Source: Pseudomonadota bacterium (GTDB taxonomy: Bacteria; Pseudomonadota; Alphaproteobacteria; Geminicoccales; Geminicoccaceae). From it: DNA of 64,000 nucleotides. Numbering within the stretch: position 1 is the first letter of the stretch; the number at the start of each line of letters is the position of its first letter. Positions 28,166 through 37,456 of this stretch are shown piece after piece. The notes under the pieces were generated by a model, which ran no database searches, was not told the DNA's origin, and worked only from the letters and a program-made list of their open reading frames with translations. The DNA is taken from positions 8,863 through 72,862 of the forward strand of contig JBCBTD010000012.1 in the NCBI GenBank assembly GCA_039818825.1, in the 5' to 3' direction. Made by a program: the position numbers and the translations under genes.

Positions 28166-29263
28166 ATGCAACGACGCGCCTTGGCGGCATTGGCAGGCCC
28201 TGCGGCGGCGGCACCGTTGCTGCTGGCTATAGACGCGGTCGAGGCGGCAACCCTTCCCGAATTGCGGTGGCGCTGTCCCTCTAGCTTTCCACCGTCACTC
28301 GATACCATTTTCGGTTCGGCACACACTTTCGCACGAACACTAGCGCTGATAACGGACGGCCGGTTCCAAGTCGACGTTTATCCGCCTGGTGAACTGATGG
28401 CTGCTTTCGAGGTGCTCGATGCTGCAGCCACCGGTACGGTCGAATTGGCACACACTTGTTCTTATTACTTCGCGAATCGCGACCCGGCTTTTGCCATCGG
28501 CACAGCGCTGCCGTTCGGGCTGAACAGCCGATTGCAGAACGCTTGGCTGGAAGGTGGCGACGGCAATGCCGTGCTGAACGACTTCTACCGAACCCACGGT
28601 GTCGTCGGCTTGCCGTGCGGCAACACCGGCTGCCAAATGGGCGGGTGGTTCAAGGACGACCTGACGAGTGTCGATGGTCTCCAAGGATTGCGCATGCGCG
28701 TCGCTGGCATCACCGGCTCGGTGCTCGCGTCCCTGGGCGTCGTCCCACGACCGCTGCCGGGTTCCGAGATCGTCCCGGCGTTGCAGGACGGGCGGATCGA
28801 TGCCGCCGAATGGGTCGGGCCGTACGACGACGAGAAGCTCGGCTTCGATCGGGTTGCCAAGTACTATTTCTATCCCGGCTGGTGGGAACCGAGCACGACG
28901 CTGCACCTGTTCGTCAACGCCGAGGCTTGGGACACGCTGCCGGAGCCCTACCGACAAGCGTGCATCGCTGCCGCCGGTTACGCCAACGGCTACACGATGG
29001 CGAAGTACGACGTGCAGAACCCGGCGGCGCTGAAGCGGCTCGTTCAAAAGGGCGTCGTTCTCAGGCCGTTCCCGCGCGACGTGTTGGAGCAGGCCCAATC
29101 AGCGTCCGAAGCGATCTACGCCCAGTTCCGCGAGGAGAGCCCGGCTTTCCGGGAGCTCTTCGAGCACTGGGAGGCGTTCCGCGGCGACGGCTATCTGTGG
29201 TGGCTGGTGAACGAGATCGCCATGGACGCCTTCATGGTCCGCAGCCGTGCGACACGCGGTTGA
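28166..29263 (+). CDS. TRAP transporter substrate-binding protein (DctP family), orphan.
   Basis: A signal peptide precedes a DctP-like fold. I prefer the ATG at 28166 over the track's TTG at 28154. No DctQ or DctM genes are adjacent. Confidence 0.75.
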   Translation: MQRRALAALAGPAAAAPLLLAIDAVEAATLPELRWRCPSSFPPSLDTIFGSAHTFARTLALITDGRFQVDVYPPGELMAAFEVLDAAATGTVELAHTCSYYFANRDPAFAIGTALPFGLNSRLQNAWLEGGDGNAVLNDFYRTHGVVGLPCGNTGCQMGGWFKDDLTSVDGLQGLRMRVAGITGSVLASLGVVPRPLPGSEIVPALQDGRIDAAEWVGPYDDEKLGFDRVAKYYFYPGWWEPSTTLHLFVNAEAWDTLPEPYRQACIAAAGYANGYTMAKYDVQNPAALKRLVQKGVVLRPFPRDVLEQAQSASEAIYAQFREESPAFRELFEHWEAFRGDGYLWWLVNEIAMDAFMVRSRATRG

Positions 29264-29275
29264 ACGCTGCTGGGC

Positions 29276-29680
29276 TCACCCGTCGGCGCGGTCGAACGTC
29301 GGATCGACCGGAACGCCCAACGCGGTGACCAAGCCGTTGGTGCGCACGGCCATGGCGATGGTCGACAACAGCTCCGCATGCTGCTCGTTCGTCATCCCCT
29401 TGCCGCGTGCCGCGGCGGTGTGCGAGTGGACGCAGTAGGCGCAGCCATTGGCGACCGACACCGCAACGTAGATCAGCTCCTTCGTCAGCGGATCGAGGGC
29501 ACCCGGTGCCATCGTCGCCTTCAGGTCGGCCCATGTCCGTTCGAGCGTTTCGGGCTGATTGGCGAGCGCGCGCCAGAAGTCGTTGACGTAGTCGGTGCCG
29601 CGCGTCTTGCGAATGTCGTCGAACACCGCCCGTGCCTGCGGCGACAAGGCGTCATCGGCCAGGATCTCGACCGTTGCCAT
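29276..29680 (-). CDS. Carboxymuconolactone decarboxylase family protein (AhpD-like).
   Basis: The AhpD-like CxxCxxH motif (CAYCVHSH) in an all-helical protein of about 130 aa. Confidence 0.8.
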   Translation of the reverse strand: MATVEILADDALSPQARAVFDDIRKTRGTDYVNDFWRALANQPETLERTWADLKATMAPGALDPLTKELIYVAVSVANGCAYCVHSHTAAARGKGMTNEQHAELLSTIAMAVRTNGLVTALGVPVDPTFDRADG

Positions 29681-29754
29681 GGTAGGCCTCCATTTCCAGT
29701 GGTGTTCACGCCGGCTCGGCTCTAGCAGAGCCGCGAACCATCGGAGAAGTTCAC

Positions 29755-30771
29755 GTGAGACATCGCGTGGCGCGGCGGCGAGTGGCCTTGACCATGGGCG
29801 ATCCGGCGGGCATCGGCCCCGAGCTCTGTCTCAAGCTGCTCGCCGACGCTGCCTTGCCCGTCCGACCGCCGGTGATCGGTGACGCGGCGTGGCTGCAGCG
29901 GACCGCGGTGGCGCTGGGCTGCGAGGTCGATGTTGACGTCATCGACATGCCGGCCGCAACGGCGCCCACCCTCGGTCGCATCGAAGTGCTGCAGGTGGGC
30001 AGCCTGCCCGAGTGGCTGCGCGTCGGGGCGGTACAGCCGGCCGCGGGTGCGGCGGCCTACGGCTACGTGCGGCATGGCGTCGACTTGGCACTTGCCGGTG
30101 AACTCGACGCTATCGTCACAGCGCCCTTGCACAAGGAAGCGCTCGCCGCTGCCGGCGTGCCGTTCCCGGGCCACACGGAGATGTTGCGGGACCATGCCGG
30201 CGTTGACGAGACGGCGATGTTGTTGGCGACGCCAGCACTCAAGGTGGTGCTGGTCAGCATTCACGTGCCGCTCAAGACTGCCGTTGAAGCGCTGACCGAA
30301 GCGGCCGAGCTGCGGGCCATCCGTTTCGCGGCGGAGGGTTGTCGAGCATTCGGCATCGTCCGCCCACGGATCGCCGTGGCGGGCCTCAATCCCCATGCCG
30401 GTGAAGGCGGGCTTTTTGGCGACGAAGACATACGGATCATCGCACCGGCGATCCGACGGGCGCAGGCAGAAGGCCTGGACGTCAGCGGCCCTTGGCCGGG
30501 CGACACCGTGTTCCTGCAGGCGCGTGAAGGCCGCTTCGACGTCGTGGTGGCGCAGTACCACGACCAGGGGCTGATCCCGATCAAGTATCTCGGGCTCGAG
30601 GAGGGCGTGAACGTGACCCTCGGCCTGCCGTTCGTCCGCACCAGCCCGGACCACGGCACGGCGTTCGACATCGCTGGCCAGGGTCGTGCCGACTGCCGGA
30701 GCCTCCGCGCTGCTTTGACGACGGCCGTCAACTTGGTCGAGGCCCGACAGGGTCACGGCAGCGGCCGCTGA
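29755..30771 (+). CDS. pdxA: 4-hydroxythreonine-4-phosphate dehydrogenase, PdxA family.
   Basis: VALTMGDPAGIGPEL, VTAPLHKEAL, AGLNPHAGEGG and the C-terminal VRTSPDHGTAFDIAG are conserved PdxA motifs. Confidence 0.85.
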   Translation: MRHRVARRRVALTMGDPAGIGPELCLKLLADAALPVRPPVIGDAAWLQRTAVALGCEVDVDVIDMPAATAPTLGRIEVLQVGSLPEWLRVGAVQPAAGAAAYGYVRHGVDLALAGELDAIVTAPLHKEALAAAGVPFPGHTEMLRDHAGVDETAMLLATPALKVVLVSIHVPLKTAVEALTEAAELRAIRFAAEGCRAFGIVRPRIAVAGLNPHAGEGGLFGDEDIRIIAPAIRRAQAEGLDVSGPWPGDTVFLQAREGRFDVVVAQYHDQGLIPIKYLGLEEGVNVTLGLPFVRTSPDHGTAFDIAGQGRADCRSLRAALTTAVNLVEARQGHGSGR

Positions 30772-30787
30772 GGCCGTCGCCAGCCAG

Positions 30788-31951
30788 TCAGAAGCCGCCG
30801 CCGAAGGCCCGGGCCGTCAGCATCACCGCGGCGACGATCGCGACGACGCCGACGACGGCGCCCGCGATCTTGCTGATGCTCCACGGGCGTTCGCCGACGA
30901 TCTCTCCGGACCGGCCGTTCACGAGCACCCGATAGACGCGCCCCATGAAGCGCAGATCGGCGCGCCAGACCGGCAGCAGTACCAGCTTGTAGGAGCGGTC
31001 GGCGTGACGCACGTCCATCGCTGCGATCCGTTGCATGTCACCGCCGATGTCCGCCCGAATGTCACCCTGGATGGTGTTGCGCATGATCGCCCGGGCGTCC
31101 TCGAAGCCGTCGGCCAACGAGCGTTGGTAGCGCTCGCTCTCGAAGCCAGCGAGGAAGTCGTCCTGGAACGACCGCGTCTCATGCAGATCGAAGCGCCGCA
31201 ACCGCTGGACGAGGGGAGCGGGCAGGGTGGTGGAGGCCGGCACGAGCACATCGTCGAAGTGCCGGCGGACGGCTCCTGCGGCGTGCCGCCAGCGGACCTT
31301 GGGCACCTGTTGACGTTGCATCGTCCGCCGGCCGTTGACGACCACGGGCACCATCACCGTCTGGTGGTAGACGTCGCCACGCTGTCCCCGGTAGCTCGTC
31401 TCCGTGCGGCTGTCATAGGTGAAGAAGGGGACGTAGAGACCATGCAGCGCGTCGCGGCCGCGAGCTTCGCGGGCGACGTGGTTCGGGGCGAACCAGAGCT
31501 TCTTCAGCCATGCGTCGACGCGTTCGCGTGCGGTGGCTTCGCCGATCAGGAACGGCAGCAGGCCGTCAGGTGCGAGAGCGCCTCCAGGCTCGGCGACGAC
31601 GGCAGTGCCACAGAACCGGCAGGGCCCGGCGTGGAGCGGAGGATCGAACGTGAAGGACGCGCCGCAGCCGGTACAGCGCGTCGACACCGGCTCGCTCGGC
31701 GGCGGTGCGTCGCCGAGCGTGGCGAACGCCGCGTCCAAGTCCTGCTCTTCGACGGTCGCCGTGCTCGCGCGGATGGCGTTGACGTGGCCGCAGTAGCTGC
31801 AGGTGAGCTGTTCGGTGCCGGGGGCGAAACCGAGCACCGCGCCGCAGTTGGTGCAAGCGAAACGCCCGTCCTCGTCGTCAACCGGCGCCGTAGGCGTTGG
31901 CTCGGGATCGGTGCGGCGAGCTCCCCACGGACCGACCAGGAGGTCGACCAA
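30788..31951 (-). CDS. Zinc-ribbon membrane protein (two CxxC...CxxC ribbons, an uncharacterised domain, a C-terminal transmembrane helix). Last gene of the TelA operon.
   Basis: CTNCGAV..CSYCGHV and CTGCGAS..CRFCGTAV ribbons, with a C-terminal hydrophobic helix (IAGAVVGVVAIVAAVML). Confidence 0.6.
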   Translation of the reverse strand: MVDLLVGPWGARRTDPEPTPTAPVDDEDGRFACTNCGAVLGFAPGTEQLTCSYCGHVNAIRASTATVEEQDLDAAFATLGDAPPPSEPVSTRCTGCGASFTFDPPLHAGPCRFCGTAVVAEPGGALAPDGLLPFLIGEATARERVDAWLKKLWFAPNHVAREARGRDALHGLYVPFFTYDSRTETSYRGQRGDVYHQTVMVPVVVNGRRTMQRQQVPKVRWRHAAGAVRRHFDDVLVPASTTLPAPLVQRLRRFDLHETRSFQDDFLAGFESERYQRSLADGFEDARAIMRNTIQGDIRADIGGDMQRIAAMDVRHADRSYKLVLLPVWRADLRFMGRVYRVLVNGRSGEIVGERPWSISKIAGAVVGVVAIVAAVMLTARAFGGGF

Positions 31952-31954
31952 GAC

Positions 31955-33031
31955 TCAGGCGCCGATCGGCGGCAGCGGCGGTGGTTCTGCCGGGAACAAC
32001 GGCCGCAACTCGCCGACGTCGCTCGCCCGGGTCCAAGCGCTCATGCCGTCGCGCCAGACCAGACTGTCCGGCCCCATCCGCCCTGCCGCCACCTCGCCGC
32101 GCAGTCCTGAAACGTCGAACGGACCTTTGGGTTCGCCGTCGATCGCCACATGGAAAAGTGGCCCGGTCGGGATTGGCGGTGGCGTCGGCGCACTGCCGAC
32201 CACACCCGCCGCCTGCTGGGCCATCACGATGCCGGCGCCGAGCCCCACGCCGCTCGCCGCCGCACCACCCTGTTGGCCGAGCGCTTGGCCGGTCTGGTAG
32301 CTGACGAACCGGTCGAGGTCGCCGACGATGCCAGCTGCGCTGCGCTGGTCGAGCGCCTTCTCGACCTCGGTCGGGAGCGACACGTTCTCGACCAGCATGG
32401 TCGCGAGTTCCAGCCCGAACGCCTTCATCTCCGGGGCGATCTTGGCCGTCAGGAAGGTCGAGAGCTTGGCGTAGTTGCCAGCAAGATCGAGAATGGGGAT
32501 GCCTGACTTGGCGATCACGTCGGCGAACCGCGCCACGATCAGGTTGCGGACTTGGTTGCTGATCTCTTCGGTCGTGAAGTGCCCGTCGGTACCGACGATT
32601 TCCCGTAGGAACACAGCCGGGTCGTGGATGCGCATGGCGTACGTGCCGAAGGCGCGCAGCCGGATCGGGCCGAACTCCGGATCACGCATGATGATCGGGT
32701 TCTTGGTTCCCCATTTGAGGTCGGTGAACTGCCGCAAGTTGCAGAAATAGACCTCGGACTTGAAGGGACTCTGAAAGCCATGCGGCCAATTCTGCAGCGT
32801 CGAGAGCACCGGTAGGTTTTGCGTCTGCAACTCGTACATGCCTGGGCCGAAGACGTCGGCGAACTCGCCCTCGTGGATGAAGACGGCGGCCTGGCCTTCG
32901 CGCACGGTGAGCTTGGCGCCGTACTTGATCTCGTTGCCAGGTCGCTGGAAGCGGTAGACGAGGGTGTTGGCGCTGTCGTCGACCCAGTCGATGACGTCGA
33001 CGAATTCGCCGAACAGCCTGTTCCAAATCAT
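31955..33031 (-). CDS. SPFH/Band-7 domain protein with a C-terminal DUF4339 (GYF-like) domain.
   Basis: The N-terminal region (YGAKLTVREGQAAVFIHEGEFADVFGPGMYEL...) resembles the YdjI-type SPFH family. The C-terminus (FHVAIDGEPKGPFDVSGLRGEVAAGRMGPDSLVWRDGMSAWTRASDV) matches the DUF4339 pattern. Confidence 0.75.
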   Translation of the reverse strand: MIWNRLFGEFVDVIDWVDDSANTLVYRFQRPGNEIKYGAKLTVREGQAAVFIHEGEFADVFGPGMYELQTQNLPVLSTLQNWPHGFQSPFKSEVYFCNLRQFTDLKWGTKNPIIMRDPEFGPIRLRAFGTYAMRIHDPAVFLREIVGTDGHFTTEEISNQVRNLIVARFADVIAKSGIPILDLAGNYAKLSTFLTAKIAPEMKAFGLELATMLVENVSLPTEVEKALDQRSAAGIVGDLDRFVSYQTGQALGQQGGAAASGVGLGAGIVMAQQAAGVVGSAPTPPPIPTGPLFHVAIDGEPKGPFDVSGLRGEVAAGRMGPDSLVWRDGMSAWTRASDVGELRPLFPAEPPPLPPIGA

Positions 33032-33038
33032 TCGTCGC

Positions 33039-34202
33039 TCAGCCCTTTGGCGGCTGATTGCCGCTCGTCAAGCGCGCAGATGCAGCGACCAAGGTCTTCT
33101 TCAGCTCGGTTTCCATCGCCGCGAGGGCCTGTTCTGCCTCGGCCCGTTTGGCCTTGCCGTCGTCGGCGATCGACAGGCTCTCGTTGATCGTCGCGATCAA
33201 CTGATCGTTGGCCTGCTTGACGGCTTCGATGTCGAAGACCCCGCGCTCGACCTGCTGCCGCACCGTCTTGTTGGCCTCGCGCAGGTTCTCTGCATTCGAC
33301 TTCAACAGCTCGTTGGTGAAATCGGTGGCTTCCTTGACCGCCTTGGCGGCTTGGCCGGAGCGATAGACGGTGACCGCTTGGGCCAGCTGTTGCTTCCAAA
33401 GCGGTACGGTGTTGGCGATGGTCGAATTGATCTTCGTGACCAGCGCCTTGTCGTTCTCTTGCACCAAACGCACCGACGGCAGGCTTTGCATGGTCACTTG
33501 GCGGGTCAGCGCCAGATCGTGGACCCGGCGCTCCAGATCGTCGCGCGCCGCCCGCAGATCGCGGAGCTCTTGGGCCTTGATCACGTCCTCGGTCCCGGCG
33601 ACGGCCTGTTCCATCGCCGGAATCGCCTGCTCGTCCAGCTGTTTCAGCTTGGCTCGTCCGGCGGCGATGTAGACTTCGAGAGTACGAAAGTATTCGAGAT
33701 TGGCGTCGTACAATCGATCCAGCTTGGTGATGTCGGTCAATAGCTGGGTCTTGTGCTGCTCCAAACCAATGGTGGTGGTTTCGATCTGGTCTTTGACCGT
33801 ATCGTAGCGATCGAGATACTGCTCGACTTGGCTCTTCATGCCGAACAACCGCCCGAAAAAACCAGTCTTGGCCTGCGGATCGAGGCCGGTCACGTCCAAG
33901 TCCTTCAAGCGGCTGACCATCTGGGTCAGCATGTCGCCGGCCGGGCCGACCTCCTTGGCGCGGACGTTCTCCAGCATCTGCTCGGAAAGCTCGGTGAGTT
34001 GTTCTTGCGCCTTCGTGCCGAAGAAGATGATCGAGTTGGTGTCGGTGACGTCGATCTCGGCCTGTGCCTGCTGGATTTGTTCCGGAACCGAACCTTCGAG
34101 CCGCAGGTCGAGATCTTGGGTGAGTTCGTCCGAGAGGACGGCGAGCTGCGTATCGACAGCGGTGGGTTCCGTCGCGCTGGGTTGCTCCGGCGTCGTCGTC
34201 AT
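33039..34202 (-). CDS. telA: Toxic anion resistance protein, TelA family.
   Basis: A 387-aa acidic helical protein whose profile (LTELSEQMLENVRAKEVGPAGDML...LDRLYDANLEYFRTLEVYIAAG) is typical of TelA/KlaB/YaaN. Confidence 0.8.
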   Translation of the reverse strand: MTTTPEQPSATEPTAVDTQLAVLSDELTQDLDLRLEGSVPEQIQQAQAEIDVTDTNSIIFFGTKAQEQLTELSEQMLENVRAKEVGPAGDMLTQMVSRLKDLDVTGLDPQAKTGFFGRLFGMKSQVEQYLDRYDTVKDQIETTTIGLEQHKTQLLTDITKLDRLYDANLEYFRTLEVYIAAGRAKLKQLDEQAIPAMEQAVAGTEDVIKAQELRDLRAARDDLERRVHDLALTRQVTMQSLPSVRLVQENDKALVTKINSTIANTVPLWKQQLAQAVTVYRSGQAAKAVKEATDFTNELLKSNAENLREANKTVRQQVERGVFDIEAVKQANDQLIATINESLSIADDGKAKRAEAEQALAAMETELKKTLVAASARLTSGNQPPKG

Positions 34203-34227
34203 GTCGATCCTCCGAGGCGCCTGGGCG

Positions 34228-35109
34228 TCAGCCCACGCCTTCTTTCGTCAACTGTGTGTGTAGCACGTCGATCGCGACGTCGAGGTCCAGCGCCTCGTCC
34301 TTCTTCAGATGCTCGACCTGTTCGTCGAACACCTTCTCGATCGTGGCCAGCACGTTCTTGAAATTCTGCGCGAGCTCGGTCTCGGAGAAATCGTCCTGCC
34401 GCGCCACGTAGCCCTTGATGACGTTGCGCGTGCCGTCGAGGTAGGTGTTGAGGAAGCGTCGCGCTCGCGAAAGGTCCTTTGGGTCCCGCTCGATCTCGTC
34501 GAGCACGGCATTGGCACGGTCGATGATGCGTTCGATCCGGCCCTTCAGCTCGCGATTGGCGAGGCCATTCGCGCTGTGGCGGATGTCAGCCAGCTTGGTC
34601 TCGGCCTCCTCGAGCGCCTTCAGCACCTGCTCGGTTTGCATGCCGGTCCGCTTGGCGGTCGACGCGTCGAGCATCTTGGCGGTCTTCGGGTCTAGGCCGT
34701 AGGTGAGCACGCAAGAGGCGGCGCCGGCGGCGCCGACGAGGAGGCTGGTGACGAGCCCCGAGCCGGTCGCCAGCAGACCGATCACCGCGAAGCCGACGCC
34801 GACGGCAGCCGCCCCGGTCAGCCGATAGGGGAGCGGCGCCTTCGCCAACCGGCGCTGCTGGTACTCGGCGGTAGCGGCGAGGCCGCGCTCGACCAGCATG
34901 GCGCCCAGCACCAAAAGCGCGGCACCGGCAATCAGCCCGACCAACTTCGTCAGCTGGCCAGAAAGCAGCGACCAGAGCAGCGGCAGCGTGAACACGATAG
35001 GCACCAGCCGCAGCGACCAAGCGCGGCGTCGGAGGGCAGCCATGGGTCCTGTGGCGGTGTCGACGCGCGACCCGATCCGCTTGGCGAAACCGTCTTTCGC
35101 CTCGTTCAT
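34228..35109 (-). CDS. XpaC-like (5-bromo-4-chloroindolyl phosphate hydrolysis) protein. Membrane-anchored; first gene of the TelA operon.
   Basis: Two or three N-terminal transmembrane helices are followed by a helical cytoplasmic domain. The family is found paired with TelA in Bacillus (xpaC-yaaN). Confidence 0.65.
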   Translation of the reverse strand: MNEAKDGFAKRIGSRVDTATGPMAALRRRAWSLRLVPIVFTLPLLWSLLSGQLTKLVGLIAGAALLVLGAMLVERGLAATAEYQQRRLAKAPLPYRLTGAAAVGVGFAVIGLLATGSGLVTSLLVGAAGAASCVLTYGLDPKTAKMLDASTAKRTGMQTEQVLKALEEAETKLADIRHSANGLANRELKGRIERIIDRANAVLDEIERDPKDLSRARRFLNTYLDGTRNVIKGYVARQDDFSETELAQNFKNVLATIEKVFDEQVEHLKKDEALDLDVAIDVLHTQLTKEGVG

Positions 35110-35234
35110 CGGCGAGGGCTCACGACCACAGGGTGGCCATGGCCAAGCCGGTCGCCAAGACCCACAAGATCCAGGCGCCGAAGAAGGACCTCACCGCGCC
35201 GGCCATAGGCTGCTCCGCTGGTGCCGAAACGCCA

Positions 35235-36632
35235 CTACGCCAGCGACGTAAGCGGCGCCTGGGCGGGAGTCAACGGCGCCCGAAGCTCGCGATCCAGCCG
35301 GTCGAGCACTCCGCGGATCCGATCCACCAGGTCACGGACCTCGGCTTCGCTGATGATCAACGGCGGTGACAGGATCATCGTGTCGCCGACCGCCCGCATC
35401 ACGAAATCATCGGCGAAACAGAGGTCCCGGCAGCGGGTTCCGACCTGGCCTTCGTCCGGAAAGCGCTGCCGCGTGGCCTTGTCGGCCACCAGCTCCAACG
35501 CGCCGATCAGCCCGAGGCATCGGACTTCGCCCACCAGCGGATGGTCTTCCAGGGTTCTGAGCTGTTGGGCGAAGAACGGGCCGATCTCGTCGCGGACCCG
35601 CTCGACCAGTCCCTCACGCTCCATGATGTCGATGTTGGCGAGCGCCACCGCGCAGGCCACCGGGTGCCCAGCATGGGTGTAGCCGTGGAAAAACTCGCCG
35701 CCATCGAGCAACGTCGTCGACAGACGGCGGTTGACCAGTACCGCCGAGAGCGGCTGATAACCCGAGGTCAACGCCTTGGCGACGGTGATGACGTCCGGGG
35801 TGAAACCGAACACGTCGCAGCCGAACCATTGCCCGAGCCGGCCGAACCCTGTGATCACCTCGTCGGCATGCAGCAGGATGTCGTAGCGGCGACACAGCCG
35901 TTCGATCTCTGGCCAATAGCTGCGCGGTGGTATCCGCACGCCACCTGCACCCATCACCGGCTCGCCGACGACCGCCGCGACCCGTTCGGGGCCGACCTCC
36001 AGAATCGTGCGTTCGACGTCTGCCGCCGCGCGCAGCCCGAACGCCTCGGCGCTCTCGCCTGGTTCGGCCTCGGAGAACGCACAGGGCGGCATCACGTGGA
36101 CGAAGCCCGGAAGCGGGGTGTGCAGCTGGGCGTGCATCGCCTCGTTGCCACCCATCGACGCTGCGGCAATCGTGGAGCCATGATAGGCGCCGCGGCGCGC
36201 GATGATCACCTGCTTCTCCGGCTTGCCGACGAGCGCCCAGTAGTGCCGGATCATGCGGATGGCGGTGTCGTTCGCTTCGGAGCCGGACGAGGCGTACATC
36301 ACGTCGGAGAAGCCGGCCGGTGCCAAGGCGACCAGATGAGCGGCCAGCTGGACCGCTGGAGACGTCGTCGATTTGAAGAAGCTGTTGTAGTAGGGCAGCG
36401 TGTGCATTTGCCGGTACGCCGCTTCGGCGAGTTCGTCGCGGCCGTAGCCGACGTTGACGCACCAAAGTCCCGCCATGGCGTCGAGTACCCGCCGCCCTTC
36501 ACTGTCGCGGATCCAAACGCCATCGCCGCTGACGACGATCCTGCTGCCCTCGCCGCGGAGCGCGCGGTGGTCGGTAAAGGGGTGCAGATGATGAGCGTTG
36601 TCGAGCCGTTGCAACTCAGCGGTCGTGAACAT
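35235..36632 (-). CDS. Aspartate aminotransferase family protein (class III / omega-aminotransferase).
   Basis: LHADEVITGFGRLG, with the lysine in TVAKALTSGY, marks a class III PLP fold. The start is set at the ATG at 36632, preceded by a GAGGG RBS. The track's longer N-terminal extension is Arg/Pro-rich junk. Confidence 0.85.
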   Translation of the reverse strand: MFTTAELQRLDNAHHLHPFTDHRALRGEGSRIVVSGDGVWIRDSEGRRVLDAMAGLWCVNVGYGRDELAEAAYRQMHTLPYYNSFFKSTTSPAVQLAAHLVALAPAGFSDVMYASSGSEANDTAIRMIRHYWALVGKPEKQVIIARRGAYHGSTIAAASMGGNEAMHAQLHTPLPGFVHVMPPCAFSEAEPGESAEAFGLRAAADVERTILEVGPERVAAVVGEPVMGAGGVRIPPRSYWPEIERLCRRYDILLHADEVITGFGRLGQWFGCDVFGFTPDVITVAKALTSGYQPLSAVLVNRRLSTTLLDGGEFFHGYTHAGHPVACAVALANIDIMEREGLVERVRDEIGPFFAQQLRTLEDHPLVGEVRCLGLIGALELVADKATRQRFPDEGQVGTRCRDLCFADDFVMRAVGDTMILSPPLIISEAEVRDLVDRIRGVLDRLDRELRAPLTPAQAPLTSLA

Positions 36633-36814
36633 CCGGGTGCCCTCGGTTTGCCGCAACCATACCCTGCCGCGACGCCCGCTGGCGGACAACCCGGGCCGAA
36701 CGTGGGAAGCGGCCAATCGCCGCGGGCAGCAAGCGACGGACAGCGGCGCGCTCGACACGATTGACGTCTTCGCGCGAACGCCCACAACCCCTCGGAACGG
36801 CTGCGGAAAGCGAC

Positions 36815-37456
36815 ATGGACGACCACCGAAACAGCGAGGCTTTCGACAAGATGATCCCGGCCGAAGGCGAGCCGGTGGCGACGGCGCCGGGCGCCGCAAC
36901 GACGCTGATGTTTCTTGCACGCAGACGTTCGCTGGTGGTTCGTGAGCTGACCGGCCCTGGTCCTAGCGCCGCCGAGCGTGATCTGTTGCTGCGAGTGGGC
37001 CTGCGGGTTCCAGACCACGGGAAGCTCGAGCCGTGGCGCGTTGTCGTCATCGAAGGTGCGGCCCGCGACCGGCTGGGCACGGTCGCGGCGAGCGCGTTCG
37101 CCAAGCGTGAGCCTGATGCCAATCCGCCGACCTTGGCGGCCGAGGCCGGCCGCTTCGCCCGCGCGCCGTTGGTGCTGGCGGTGGTCGCCGCACCGGTGCC
37201 GAGCGCCAAGGTGCCTGAGTGGGAGCAAACGCTCTCCGCCGGTGCGCTCTGCCACCAGCTGTTGCTTGCGGCGAACGCGCTTGGCTTTGCCGCGCAGTGG
37301 CTGACCGAGTGGGTCGCCTACGACCGTGACGTGATGGCGGCGATCGGCTGTGGTGCGGACGAGCGTATCGCTGGGTTCGTCTATGTCGGCCGCGGCGCGG
37401 CGGAGACCCCGGAGCGTCGCCGGCCGACGGTCGCCGAGCGTGTCCGCTACCTCTGA
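36815..37456 (+). CDS. Nitroreductase family protein.
   Basis: LARRRSLVVRE, followed by a C-terminal nitroreductase fold. The start could be 36815 or 36851. Confidence 0.75.
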   Translation: MDDHRNSEAFDKMIPAEGEPVATAPGAATTLMFLARRRSLVVRELTGPGPSAAERDLLLRVGLRVPDHGKLEPWRVVVIEGAARDRLGTVAASAFAKREPDANPPTLAAEAGRFARAPLVLAVVAAPVPSAKVPEWEQTLSAGALCHQLLLAANALGFAAQWLTEWVAYDRDVMAAIGCGADERIAGFVYVGRGAAETPERRRPTVAERVRYL

